From Vermamoeba vermiformis (lineage: Eukaryota): 64,000 nucleotides of DNA. Where the stretch lies: the NCBI GenBank assembly GCA_045837725.1, contig JBEWZL010000006.1, positions 1 through 64,000 of the forward strand, written 5' to 3'. The position numbers and the translations under genes are program-made. Every line of letters starts with the position of its first letter. Within the stretch, counting starts at the first letter, position 1. The notes beneath the pieces are model-generated. The model had not been told where the DNA came from and made no database searches. It saw nothing but the letters and a program-made list of their open reading frames with translations. Below are positions 26,988-39,526 of this stretch, one piece after another.

Positions 26988-28795
26988 GCCTTGAAATCGT
27001 TCGCTCGTGGCTGAAGTCTTATGGCATCACTTCAATGGAGAGCGTTGTCACCAAGGACTATTTGAATGTTGTTGCCCCTGTCAGAGTCGTCGAAAAGGTA
27101 CGTTGCACAAAACATTGGCTGGGCAAGAGAGCTGGCTCGGGATAAACTGATTGCTGACTCTTCACGTACATGTTCCAAGTCCATTCGCTACTTCAAGAAC
27201 ACTTATCGTACCAACGAGCCTATGTTGTTGCGCTCTATTGTCCCCTACTCAATCCCCAAGCACTTGTCGAACATGATCGATGTTGTGTTCGGTATCACCA
27301 GCTTCCCTGCCCGTCGTTCTCTCATCGAAATGTCCAAGCGATTCGTTCAACAGGGCTTCCCTAACGTCGACCCGATCGTTCTCAAAGAGATAATGCCACA
27401 TGTACATTGGCTCCTTCAATGGTACTGGTCGTACTGACAACATTCAAGCAAGTACATGCACTGGTTTGATGTCCGCCGTTATATCTTACGTACTTCTGTT
27501 TAATAGGCCGTTGCTCAATTCTTGGAGAACTACTTCTCTCCTGACGACCTCTCTCGGTTCTTCCAACACTACAACTTGCCCAACGCCGTAGGTGGTAATA
27601 CTTTAGTAACGTGTCCTTGCTCACCATTTCCCACAGCAAGTTGCTAAAGTCATTGGTCCCAACAACCCCGCTATTCCCAAACCTGAAGGTGCGTTACTAC
27701 GCGATATCATGCACATCTATAACTGGTTACTCATAGCTTCGGCAGTCATCGAGTACATCATGAGTACTGCCACGGGTGTCAAGACTTGGTTCTACACTGC
27801 TGGAGGGCACAAGCAACAAGAGCCGTTCTTGAAATGGATTGTTGGTGTTAACAACCAATCTCAATCTCTTTACCCTAATGTTGTTGCTGTTTCTTATTGT
27901 GAAGAAGAGTGCTCTTTATCGCTGAGCTACATGACCAAGTGCAACGTTGAGTTCGCCAAGGCGTAAGTTTGGAGACATTGCATCTTGCTATCACGTGCTC
28001 ATGTTGACTTAGTGGTATTCGCGGCATTACTGTGATGATTGGCACTGGTGATACAGGTGTTGGTTGCAATATTAACTGCAACTCATTTGTTCCCAACTGG
28101 CCTGCAAGCAGCCCTTACGTCACTGCAGTCGGTGGTGCAATGCTCGATAGTATTAGCCCCTTCAAAGCTCATCTGGTGGCTTCTCGAACGTGTTCTCCGC
28201 TCCTGGTTATCAAATAAGGTTCCTTCATGATCTATCGATATATTGGCATTAATCGCACGCCAGTTTAAAGTCGTGCAAAACTACTTGAAGACCTCGCCTG
28301 ACCTTCCTCCTTCTTCGTTCTACAACAAGACTGGTCGTGCCATGCCTGATATCGCTGCATTCTCCGGGAACGCTCAATTCCTCGTCCGCGGTGCCTGGAA
28401 TTCTGTTAGTACGGATCGATCTCCCGTTTTTTGTAAGTTCTAACAGTTTTAGCTGATACTTCTTGTGCATCTCCTATTGCTGCTGGAGTCATGTCATTGC
28501 TCAACGAGGCATTGTTGGCCGAGGGTAAACCCATCCTTGGTTTCGTCAACCCTCTGATCTACAAGATTGCTGCTAGCAACCCTACAGCTTTCTATGGTGA
28601 GTATATGCGCATTGCCTTAATTTATACACATGTAGTAATGTGAGCGCACTAGACCTTACAATTGGGTATCCTACCTCTTACGCTTGCTGCCCTGGCTTCC
28701 AATGCGTGCCTGGTTGGGACGCTGTCACTGGCTTGGGCATTCCAATGTTCGACGAGCTTCGCGGCACCATCTTCAAGATTTTGAACGTCCTCTAA
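26988..28795 (+). pseudogene. TPP1: Tripeptidyl-peptidase I / sedolisin (peptidase S53) pseudogene, 5'-truncated
   Basis: Recognisable blocks are IVRSWL, YSIPKHL, IDVVFGITSFP, QFLENYFSPDDL, EPFLKW, VSY, GDTGVG, PNWPASSPYVTAVGG, GRAMPDIAA, TSCASP, LGFVNPLIY and GWDAVTGLG. There is no signal peptide or start, there are several frameshifts, and one acceptor reads AC (~27168). The EASLD motif reads EASAV and the GGGFS motif is missing. Confidence 0.85.
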
Positions 28796-28892
28796 TCCAA
28801 TGTGGGTTTATGGCCTTGTTGCAATCCAATATCAGCTATAACGGTAAATCAAACGTCACAATATTCTAATTACTATCGTGAATCATTATCAG

Positions 28893-29178
28893 TTTCAAGC
28901 AGCACTTGTCTTGACCGGCATCAGCCTTGTTTTGCTGCTCGTATCAGTCGCTTGCTGTGCTCGATTTATACTACACGAATCAACTGTACTACTGGATCAT
29001 ACGAACGATGATCAATTTGTTATCGGTACTGTCAGCAGCAGCGCTTGCAATGCTATTTAAAGACCCCTCGTCGGTACAATCGAGCGTTGGAGGCGATACT
29101 GCGGCGCAACCAACAACTCTTTCGACCAGCACTTCTCCACGATCTGGTGAGAATATCGAACTTGTTACTAACAACTGA
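28893..29178 (+). pseudogene. Orphan duplicate of the last exon of the 7TM gene, frameshifted
   Basis: Matches 25026-25313 (YYTNQLYYWIIRT...RSGENIELVT). It has a 2-bp deletion (GTCGCTT vs GTCGCGCTT), and the upstream exons are absent. Confidence 0.8.
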
Positions 29179-29278
29179 TAAACCAAGAGTCTGGAATGAT
29201 ATTTTTCGAAGCAAATAAATCTCTTGTTGGCCAACAGAGATAACCTACTAATTTTGCGCGTGAATTTAAATTTATTTA

Positions 29279-29707
29279 CTACAGCATGAAAAATGCCGTT
29301 CCAAGGATAAACATGAGCATAACTTTCTTCTCATCCGCTCCAGAGTTCTTACCGGGTGTTGAACTTGGCTCTGTTCTATTTGATGCCGTTGGTTCGTTGC
29401 TGTTTGGGAGCGGAGAAGAAGCCATTGGCACCGCTTGTGCTTCGCACATCTCCGGTGGGCAACCCGTGCGGCAACTGGCCTGGTAAGTCTTTACGACTGG
29501 CTCATCCAAGCAATTGATTGCACTGAAACAATTCAGAACCGTCTTGTAGCATTGACAAGAGAGGGTAATATTTGAAGTAGGACAGTGGACATAATTATCC
29601 TCGCAATCATAAAATGGGCCAGTAACTCTGGAGCATTTGTCGTTTTGTGCTTGGCCCAAAGACGCTAGGCCGATAACTGAAAGAAGAATTATGATCCAAC
29701 GATTCAT
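29279..29707 (-). CDS. Small Cys-rich secreted, probably GPI-anchored surface protein, copy 2 (142 aa)
   Basis: Intact paralog of 25476-25904 with the same length and Cys spacing. Confidence 0.85.
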   Translation of the reverse strand: MNRWIIILLSVIGLASLGQAQNDKCSRVTGPFYDCEDNYVHCPTSNITLSCQCYKTVLNCFSAINCLDEPVVKTYQASCRTGCPPEMCEAQAVPMASSPLPNSNEPTASNRTEPSSTPGKNSGADEKKVMLMFILGTAFFML

Positions 29708-30391
29708 TGTTTACTATTTTGCTGTCGAGTGTAATATTTTTTTAGGCCGATCCCTTTTTATTGTGCGCATCCGCTTGAATCACGAGAGGATTTGACAACC
29801 AAGAAATTTCAATCCAAATCTGCGCAAAATGGCATTTTGGGCGAGCCCAGCGAGTGATATCACTGCTAGTATATTACTCGAGCGCTTATTATCACCGCTG
29901 ATTATCGCTGGTTACCCATTTATTTCTTTACTTTCAAATTTTTTTGTAACCGCATCTTTTAGGTCCACCAACACTTGAGAGTTGAATATTTATGTACAGA
30001 AGCAGCAATGACGCACAAAATTGGTTGATAAACTGCGACGATTGTTTTTGAGTGAGTTATTAACTGAATTGCAACGTTATAAATTTAATAAATACATAAT
30101 ATTTTTGTTAATTATAGTATTTAGTAAACGTTAAACAAAAAAAGGAAAAAAGAAACAAATCCAGATTTCCTTCCGAACGGTATCATGCCGTCCTTCCGCC
30201 TCAATAATCAGCTACTATGTAAAAGTATCATATTGCGTTGCTTGAAAGCTGGAGAATACGATACTCGTAAACTTCGCTCAGCGAGGACGATGGAACCTGT
30301 CAACGGAGTTTAAAACTTTGACATCGTCGAGATTTGCGCATTATCGCGTTGCGTTTACAAATCAAACGACAACTATCAGTAGGTTTAAAGC

Positions 30392-33300
30392 ATGCCCACA
30401 GAGGTATTTCGATTGGGTAAGTTGCGGCTCCGATACACAACTGGTGCGGAGAGAATTGCATCAGGATTTAGCTAAACTTTGTATTTCCAGTGCTGTCTTC
30501 AATATTAATCTATGGAATTTTGCTTGAAGTAGTACCGATCGAAGGTAATCAATTTATTGCATCCGAAGAATTGGATTTAATTTTTAGTTTAGCGTGCTTT
30601 TCGTCCTTATTACTAAGAACACCTCGAGCCAATGTTGGTCTAGTAGTCAATGGTCCTAAAATTTATTTTGCTGGAGGAATTGATCAGCACCAAACCAGAT
30701 CGGACATTGTAGAAATATTTGACAGCTCGACAAGCACGTGGTCAACAATGAAAATTCCCGTAGCCCGCGACAAAATTGAAGCAGCTGCTGTTGGCTCGTA
30801 CGTTCTTTTTGCTGGAGGAATGACATCGGCTGGTCAATACAACAAAGTAGACATTTTGAACATCGACACTGGATCCATTAGCACGTTGGACCTTCCCTTC
30901 AGCTTCACAATAACGAATTCACTGATTGTCGGTTCTCAAGCTCTATTCTATGGAAGAGATAATGCAACAATTTTCGTCGTAGATCCGGCTGAACATTCGT
31001 TCTCGACAATCCAAAGTGTTGGCGGAGTTTGGAACGCTGCATCGAACGGAACGCACTTGTTTACTGCCAATCATCTTGTCGATGGAACTCGTACCAGTGT
31101 CTTTGTTTACGACAGTGCTGGCCTTCCACAGCGAGTCCACGAATGGGGTTTTATCAGTCGCTCCGTCGCCTTCTTTGTAACGCCACAAGCCTTCATATTT
31201 GTGCACCCGAACGCTGTCTCCTTGCAACCCTTAAATCCAGCGAGTGGAAGCGGTCCAACATACCGCAGTACTCACTCGCAAGTCTTAGCCCCAATAACCA
31301 TCGGAGAAGTTGTTTATTTGGTAGAGCCTAGTCGAATGAACTCGGTGGACACGCGCTTTGGACGAATCTCCAGATATGCAGCATCGGATTTTCAAATTCA
31401 CACAAGTTTCAAAGCAGTCGAGCTCAACGGAGTAATTTACTACGCTACGGAGGACGTACTAGAGCCAGTGATCAGCTTCAATACGGGGTTCTTGTTCCAA
31501 TCGATAGACCCAGGATTCCGACAAAGGCAGATCCCTTCTTTGGCGATTGGTGACTATCTTATTGCGCGTCGTCAACAGGCCGTGGACTATTATAACGTGC
31601 GAACTGGAGAACGAGGAGTGGCTAGCACGCTGTCAGAATCTATGCCCCTGGTGACCGTACGAAATTTCGTCATTTTTGCCAATCGCTTCCAACTCGACAT
31701 TCTGAACGTTCAAACGGGAGAGAGGAATCAAATAATACCTCCCAATGCGTTTATTCCGACGTCAGGCTCTGCATCGGACTCCAGTGGATTGGCAATGTTT
31801 GCCAACGAACAACAAGTCATGGTCTTCAACATTAGCAGCCACCTTTGGTTGCCTCTGTTCAGCTTCGAAGGGCCAGTTCGTCAATCGTTTGTGGCTGGCG
31901 AGACTATCGTTGGAATCTACCGCTCAGCCATTGAAACCATCAATGTTCGCACAAACGATCGACAGAGGTACCAGTTCACAGAACGCACAGAATTCACGCT
32001 GAAATTCAGCGACAGCTTAGTCGTGATTGCTGGTGGACGATTTACCGACAATCCAACTGTGACTGACGACGTGCTGATCGTAAACATTGACCAGGGCTCA
32101 AGCATAAATATTCAGCTGAGCGTTGGTCGTCGTAATGTGGCGGTTTCGATCGTCGACAATCGTGTAGTGTTTGCTGGTGGTCAACTTCAAAGTGGTCGTT
32201 TCTCTGACAGATTCGAGGTCTTTGACGCAGCAGGGTTGCATTGGGCGTACCCCCAACTCGACCTTCCCCCGCATTCTATTCTATCGCCAATACAAATAGC
32301 TTATGTTCAAGGCAGTCTATACTTGATCCGCAACAATAGAATGGACATCTTTGACGAGCACCCAATAGCAGCCCACAGAGTCGGCTTGTTCCAGTTCGGA
32401 AACGTTCGAGATATTCAAGTCTTTGGAAGCAAACTCATCCTAACGAGCACCACTGGCCCCGACGTACACCAGCTATCCTTATATGAAACCTCAACTAATG
32501 CGTGGTACAGCTACGAAGTCAACAGAGTTGGCACAGATGCGACGGACCCACTTCGGTTTGTTGGAATTGTGGCAGACCAGCTATATGCAAACACGTTTGC
32601 GAACGAACATCAAGTTATGCCGATCGCTGCTATGAAGAACAGATTGGAGAATATGCTGATAAAAGTTGATACACCGATGAACATAACAATCGAGGCTGTC
32701 GGCCCAGTCCTATCTACCCAGTGGACTCACAATGGACGCCTGCTGAACGAGACCTCTCTCAGCTTGCACACCAACGCTACAATCGACGACGAAGGTGTGT
32801 ACGTGGCTAGAATCATGGACCATTGCTCAACGCCAATGCAACAGCAAATCGGCGTGACCATCATCCGCCCTCCTGTCTTCTTGTCTGGACTTCAAGACGC
32901 ATACCGATTGTGCAACGAAACAGATTCTGCCTTATCTGTCAGTATTGGAGGTTATAGCATTTCAACAAGGTGGACAATTGACGGTCAGCCGTACGATCAC
33001 ATTAACAGCGTTGGTGGGCTTGTAACAATATCGACCATGGATATTGACAGCACTCTGCCTTGTGGGTTGTCACAGTTAGTGTGCGTTACTGCAAGCAATC
33101 CTTTGGGAAATGCTAGCATGTGCGCGCGGTTGACATCTTGGCATATCTCCCAAGTGTTCCATGGCCCTCTGATGTTAAATCAAGAGGACGTGATGTTTCT
33201 AGGGGATATAGCAAGCTTGGAAGTTTTTGTGCTCCGAAGCGAATGCTCAAATAATCACACGTGGCATGAAAATACCGAACCCCGATTCCAGAAATACGAC

Positions 33301-34871
33301 TATCATAGCGCAATTCCTGTAGTCATTGACCTCACAACATTCGAGAGAAATTACACAGTTCAAGTTCAATGCGGCAGCACAGTATTTACATCACCTCCCT
33401 TCACATTTCCCAGAGATCGCGTCCTTCTAATTAATCAAGTACTATTCATATTGTTTATATGCCTCGGTGGCGGCATTGTGGCAGCCCTGATCATAACGGC
33501 CGTTTTTGTTGCAAAACGAATGCGCCAAGGCCTTCATCACGAAGTAGAGCTCCAGCAGCTGCTCTCGCAGGCCAAGAACGAATCGTTGACTCACAAATCA
33601 GGCGTCAGTAGCAGCTGGTTGCCTACTGATGACTACACTTATCAACAACTGCACAATCTTTCATTTAACATCGATGCCTCGGAGTTGCTTTCTTGGAGCA
33701 AAAATGACCCGGTCAAAGTTGATGATTGGATCGAATGCACGCTCCTGTTTTCCTCAAAGAGCAAGAAACGCGACTCTACACCATCGATGAAAGAATCGCT
33801 GATCAAGGGATTGCCTATTAGCCTGTACACTCCTTCATCGCCAAAGTACGAAATCAACATCGAGCCGAGCAGTTTCAATATCGCGGATGGCGACACAGTT
33901 CACGTCAAGTTCTCCATCACGATGTTGATGACTGCAAAGTGCAATGTCAGCGTGATCATCGTTTGTGACAAAAAGAAAGTCTACTCCGTCCTTGAGTTCA
34001 AAATTGCCAGTAAAATGTCAATGTGGATCGACTTGGACGAGATCAAAATGAACGGAGATTACCTTGGCGGAGGAGGGTAAGTGCCTACTAGTCGTGAAAT
34101 ATTTCAAGCAAACTAAGTGCTTTTAGATTTGGCGCAGTCTATCGAGGAAACTACCGAGGGCAAGAAGTGGCCGTGAAACAGCTGTTAAATCAACATTTAG
34201 ACGACTACCTGAAGAAAGAATTCGAGCGCGAAATAATGTTAATGAAAGACTTGCGGCACCCTAACATTGTTCAATTTGTGGGTGCGTCCAAAGTGAAAGA
34301 TAATTTGGCAATCGTCATCGAGTTTGCTCCGCTTGGCAGCTTGTCGCGTGTACTCGAAGACCAAAAACTGTCGATTGCACTTAAGCTTACTATTCTTAGC
34401 GAAATTGCAAAGGCATTGCAATTTTTGCATGCCAATGGAGTGATACACCGAGACATCAAGCCGCAAAATGTGCTTGTCTTCTCACTCGAGGAACGAGCCC
34501 CAGTGCACATCAAACTGACCGACTTTGGCACATCAAGATTCATCACCGACGATCCCCAAACTATCACGAGAAACGTCGGAACGACATGTTATATGGCTCC
34601 AGAGGCATTAGGCCTCACCCCGAAGATCGACAAGAGTGCTGACGTGTACAGCTTTGCAATTTTGGCTTGGGAAGTTATGTACGAACAACAACCATTCAGA
34701 GATTTCAAATGGCAATCAGATGTCGAAGCCCACGTCAAGGTAGGAAACAGACTACCGTTTCCTGAAAATGCGAACAGTGAGTTCGTTAAGCTTGTCGAAG
34801 ATTGTTGGCACCAAGATCCTGCACAACGACCAACTATGGCCGTTGTTGCCCAGCGCCTAGCATTATTCTAA
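30392..34871 (+). CDS. Single-pass receptor kinase: signal peptide, Kelch-like propeller repeats, Ig-like domains, TM helix, juxtamembrane beta-domain, TKL-type kinase
   Basis: The spliced start is MPTEVFRLVLSSILIYGILLEVVPIEA (introns ~30417-30490 and ~30545-30591). Kelch motifs are IYFAGG, VLFAGG and VVFAGG; Ig motifs are QWTHNG...DEGVYVA and CVTASNPLG; the TM is VLFILFICLGGGIVAALIITAVFVA. The kinase has LGGGG|FGAVYRG, VAVK, HRDIKPQN, DFG, YMAPE and DVYSF intact. Confidence 0.9.
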
Positions 34872-37800
34872 GTCGTTCGAGAATAACGAATGTATTAATA
34901 AAGTAATTTAATGTTCAAAATAAAAACTTTTACGAAATGGGTTTGATTGATGTCAAAAAGCATAAAAAGCATGTTAGGCGAATCTTTTATTGTTGAATTA
35001 AATACAAATGACGAGAAAACGATGCCGCAAATGCAATACTACCTTTTCTCCCGCTACCCCCACCAGCAATACTGTTCTCGTGCATGCTCCATATCTGTAG
35101 GGCCAGATCAGAACGAGAAAAGGATAGTTTCATAAAAATAGGTATGCCCGTTAGTGCGACTTGGTTACTAATGCTTCTAGGTACCATTAAATAATTATTA
35201 ATTATACTCACTCGTAACAACGAATAATATAAAACTTTATTACTGGAGTACCTCCTCTATTTTCTACGCTCCGATCTACAAATTAGTCGCGTGATACAAA
35301 ACCCTGGTAGATCGCCAGGTTTTTAGCGCGCGTTGGCCTGTCCGACATTTTTTGCCTTTTCTTTTTCTTTCGCTCGACCACGCAAGGCGCCTGCGTTATC
35401 ACTGGCGCCTTGTTTCGTCCTTCAGCCCTCCGCGTAACAGGGAGGCCCCACTGGGCGGGCGAATCTATTGTTATTTGTTGTTTATTTGTTTCTTGGGGTT
35501 TTTTATTATTCCCCACGCCCTCACGATACGCCGTCTGTGGTATTGTCCGTGTGACCTCGAAGCTAGGGGCACACACACTGGAACGCTCTCTCATCTGGAT
35601 TTGGTGACGTCACCAATTTTTTTCCTGTCGTTCTGGGGCCGAGCCTTGCTCCTCATGAGTTGCGGCTGCCTGCTAGTGCGCTCATGAATTTTTGGTATTT
35701 TGGAGCTCAACAAGGATGGAAGAACGGATCGCGAATGACCTCAGGGGTAGGGCGACGCTAGCCCTCCTTTCCTTGCTCGGCTACGCCCATGGGATGTCTT
35801 GCTGCCCGATATGCTGTTGGTATCGAAGGAGATTGATTGTAGAAGCTGGCGATCTACGGAGAGCAAGAGACTTTGCTGTCACTGCCGTGTTGTTGGCATC
35901 TGACTAGTGGCTTATGGTGCATGTGCATCGCACCAGCACACCCGTGCTGAAGGGACCCCTCCGGGCTGGCATTTGGGATCCCACGGAATGGACCGCTTTC
36001 TCCGGGCGTCGACGCCTGCCATCTCTTGCTGTTCCAGGATAACGAATGAGCTTGTGGACCACCCTCATCATAGGACGGGCAGCCGCCACAATGCAATTAC
36101 GTGGGACGTATCCATCACACAGTTCCAGTAATAAATTAGAAAAGAAAAATACATAAATATCAAGGATTTTTCGATTACAAACGAGCTCATCGCAAATAAA
36201 AAATCAGATCGAGATATTTACTGTAATAATACGCATTCTAATATTTTTTAAATGATTTTAGAGCGACTTGCAAAAGAAAATAATTCCACATCCGAGAGCT
36301 AAACTTACTGAAGCCAAATCAAGCAACAACCGATCTCAAAACAAAGAAATGAAGATGCGTCTATTGCTTGCAAAAGATCTTAGGAAGGCAAAGCGACCAT
36401 CGTACATCACGCAAGATCTGCCCCATAGTCTTACTGCTTAATCATGTCGAGCAGACAGAAGAGATAGACTTCTTTGATACACACACAAGTAGTTCATAGA
36501 CCGAAACTGATTATCAGTCTAACTGTCACAACGAATGCTCATCAACACGAATGAAAGACGGGCAAAAATATTGACGAAAGTTCAAGCCAGAGAGTAGTCC
36601 CGAGCTCGCGAAAAAGAAGCCTAAACTTGTCGGCAAGTCCTGCGAAGCAAGTGGCGAAGATAATTTATAAGTTAAACAGTCTCGAGATAAAGGGCAAGTT
36701 AAACTAATTGTCGCGGTCGAAACATAGCCTTATCGTTAATTTGCTAGTACAGTATATTCACCCGGTGAAGATAATTTGCATTGGGTGTTAACACCCAAAG
36801 AGTGTAGCTGCGATCTTAGACCGACACCTGTTATCTTGCCAGAGATATACAAGTAAGTCTTGCACTAAACTAAAGCGAGATTTTCGGTTTAAATAAGGGC
36901 GTATCACAAAAATGAAGAATTTCGGTTTGGATCAAACGCAAATCAAATTTTGCTTACGCAAGTTGATCAACTTATCGCATATACCGTTTGATTCAGTATG
37001 TCCAATTCATTAGCGGGCAATCTCCATTGCGGAGATTAACCCAATTGAATCCTAAAGATAAAAATTGAAATGCCCGCTTTCTTTCTTGAAATTGCAACGC
37101 GTTGAAGAATTCAATTTATTGGCAGACGAAGAAATTATTGAACGTTCTTTTTAAATGTAAATTATACTCGTCTTTGTTCTTTTTGTAGTCCTCTTTTGCA
37201 AGTTCTTGCATCGCAGCTAACTTCCGTCAGGTAATAGTAAACCTTGCAAATCGTCGGCAACATACATTCATCGAACTAAACCTTTGAAAAAGTCGTATGA
37301 ATCTTGAATATGTCCAAATAGTAATTTAATATTCGGAGCACACGACTGCCGCTCAATAAACGCAATTGGTACACCCGGAAAAATCGCAGAAATAAGAACT
37401 GAAAAAAATGCGAAGTTGAAAAAAGAGACAAGGCAATTCCACAGCCAACAAACGAGACCAAAGAGGAGCGGGACCTAGGTCGTCTTTGCAGGCGATGGTG
37501 ATTCTTAATGCGTCCTCAGATATTGTTTTTTCTGTCGCTATGTCGTTAGAGACCCCCCCCCTGGGGGGGAGAAAGGGAAGTAAAGATTATTGTCCCGCCT
37601 TCCCGGGAAGCTCAAAATTATTGTAAATTTATTATTTAACTGAGATAATTATATAATTATATTTAATATATTTATTATATATTATTAAATTTAAAGGGAT
37701 CCTGAGCAGGGGGACTTAGGAGCGGAGTTTGTTGCATTTTAGATTGTTAGACAAAGCATAACTCATTGATGAAGGCATCGATCACAAATTTTCGACCACA

Positions 37801-38969
37801 TCAGGACTGCAAATCAAGTACAAGAGTCGCTTATACGTTGAATTTGATCTCTCATCTACAAAGAGGCGCCACGAAACCCGGCCCCGAGAAGAGGCGCGCC
37901 AAAGCCAGAATAAAAAAGTTTTGCAAGGCAGAACCCAGACACCGAGGGACGGAGAAGAGCCGGAAAGCAACACGAGGAGAAAAGAGGGCGGTAGATATAA
38001 TCGCCTTTGCCAATCAGCGGAAGCAAACGGCACAACCTCACCGCAAACCACCAAAACGCTCTCGAAAAAAAAAGAAAGAAAGGAAAAAAAAAGAGGGAGT
38101 GCTGGAAGTGCGCGGAGAGGAAACGCGGGCTCGCAAGCAGAGCCCGCAAAGAACACAGGGAGAGGCAGAGGTAGAGAGTTGTGAGAAGAAAAAAGGAGGT
38201 GAGGGGGGGGTGAGAAGAAGTGAAAAATAGAGGGGTGAAAGGAAAAAAGAGGAGGAGGAGAGAGAGTGAATGAATAGGGGAGGAGGAAGAGGGAACAGAT
38301 GAGCGAAGGAACGGTGGAGCTGGGGCGGGGGCGTGACACGGCCCGAGCGCTGCACACATTGCAGATCCAGCTGACATAGTGTCAAGCAGGGAGAGATTTA
38401 TGGGGGCACGGCGAAGAGAACAGGTGAAGAGAGGAAAAGAAGGGTGCGGCCCTCGAAAAATTTTTTTTTGAAGCAAGTAAGACAGTAAAGCCGCCAACAG
38501 GTTTAGGAAGAAACAAGTTACGAAGCAATTTATTTAAATCAAACTCGAAGTTATAATGTAGCAGGTGCATACGGTGACAAAAAGGTACCTTAACCAACGT
38601 GGTACTAAGCGCAATAGCAACCAACGGATGCGCATGATGTTGTTGATCTGCTCGAAGAGCTGCCTCAGTCAGCAACGGCATTATCGATCCTTTTGCAGCA
38701 CATAATGCAAATAGAGCTGCGCTATGTGCTGTATAATCTGTTTTTTAGCCACATGAAATGGAAGGTCATGAAATGATCGTACCCGTGACAACTGGTAGGC
38801 TAATAAAATCCTTGAAAACTACATTAACATTTGACACTTGTCTTCTAGGAGATCGTCTTGGTATCAGTATTGAAAAATAAGCAAGGGTAACGTCTCATTA
38901 ATTTGCGTAATTTCGAATTAAAAAATCAAAAAAAATATTAAAAGCGCAAAATTGAATAAACTCCTTGCT

Positions 38970-39210
38970 ATAATAGTTTAATAATTATTAAATTAAGTCG
39001 TTGCAATACGGCTTGAGCCCTACCACAGCAATTTATGGGCTTGGATGTCGATCGGAATGTCTTTCTCCTCAGGGCCTTCATATCCGCTTCCCAATATTCT
39101 AAACATATTATATGACAAATAAATACAACATTAATGTGCTTGTATTGATGAATAGAGCTTCGAAAAACAAACAAAATTTCTTGCGCTGTTTTATCTTATC
39201 TATCATTCAG
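38970..39210 (-). pseudogene. Direct repeat copy B: orphan CDK5RAP3 exon 1 and upstream region
   Basis: ATG at 39106 encodes MFRILGSGYEGPEEKDIPIDIQAHKL, identical to the gene at 21217. A 1-bp insertion precedes an altered donor (GTAGGG), and no further exons follow. Confidence 0.85.
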
Positions 39211-39526
39211 CTACCATATCACAATTAATACACGGTGTTAACATTTTAACCAAATTACGCTCTATTGGATGTACGTTGAGGTAAGAAAACGGATGCATCT
39301 GCGTTAAATTCTCCTGGCATTAATTATAATTGGCAAAAAATGGATGCCCGTGTTGCTTATTTTATTATTCACGGAAGATCATGTTTTGAAATCGCATCTG
39401 GACGAAATTTAATTAAAGTGAAATCCGCTGTGTTCTTCCTACTGTCCGTTATTACTTAATTCCAATCAAAAAAATCTAAAAATATTATTTTTATTCATTT
39501 TTATTGACTATTTTATTGCAGTTACG

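Larger units (their letters stand above)
28850..30170. repeat. Local duplication unit 2
   Basis: Direct-orientation copy of ~24970-26865. Confidence 0.85.

Noticed and set aside
37766-38497. Several 100-200 aa ORFs on both strands
   Set aside because: They arise from low-complexity purine/pyrimidine-skewed sequence that is poor in stop codons, and they show no recognisable domain.
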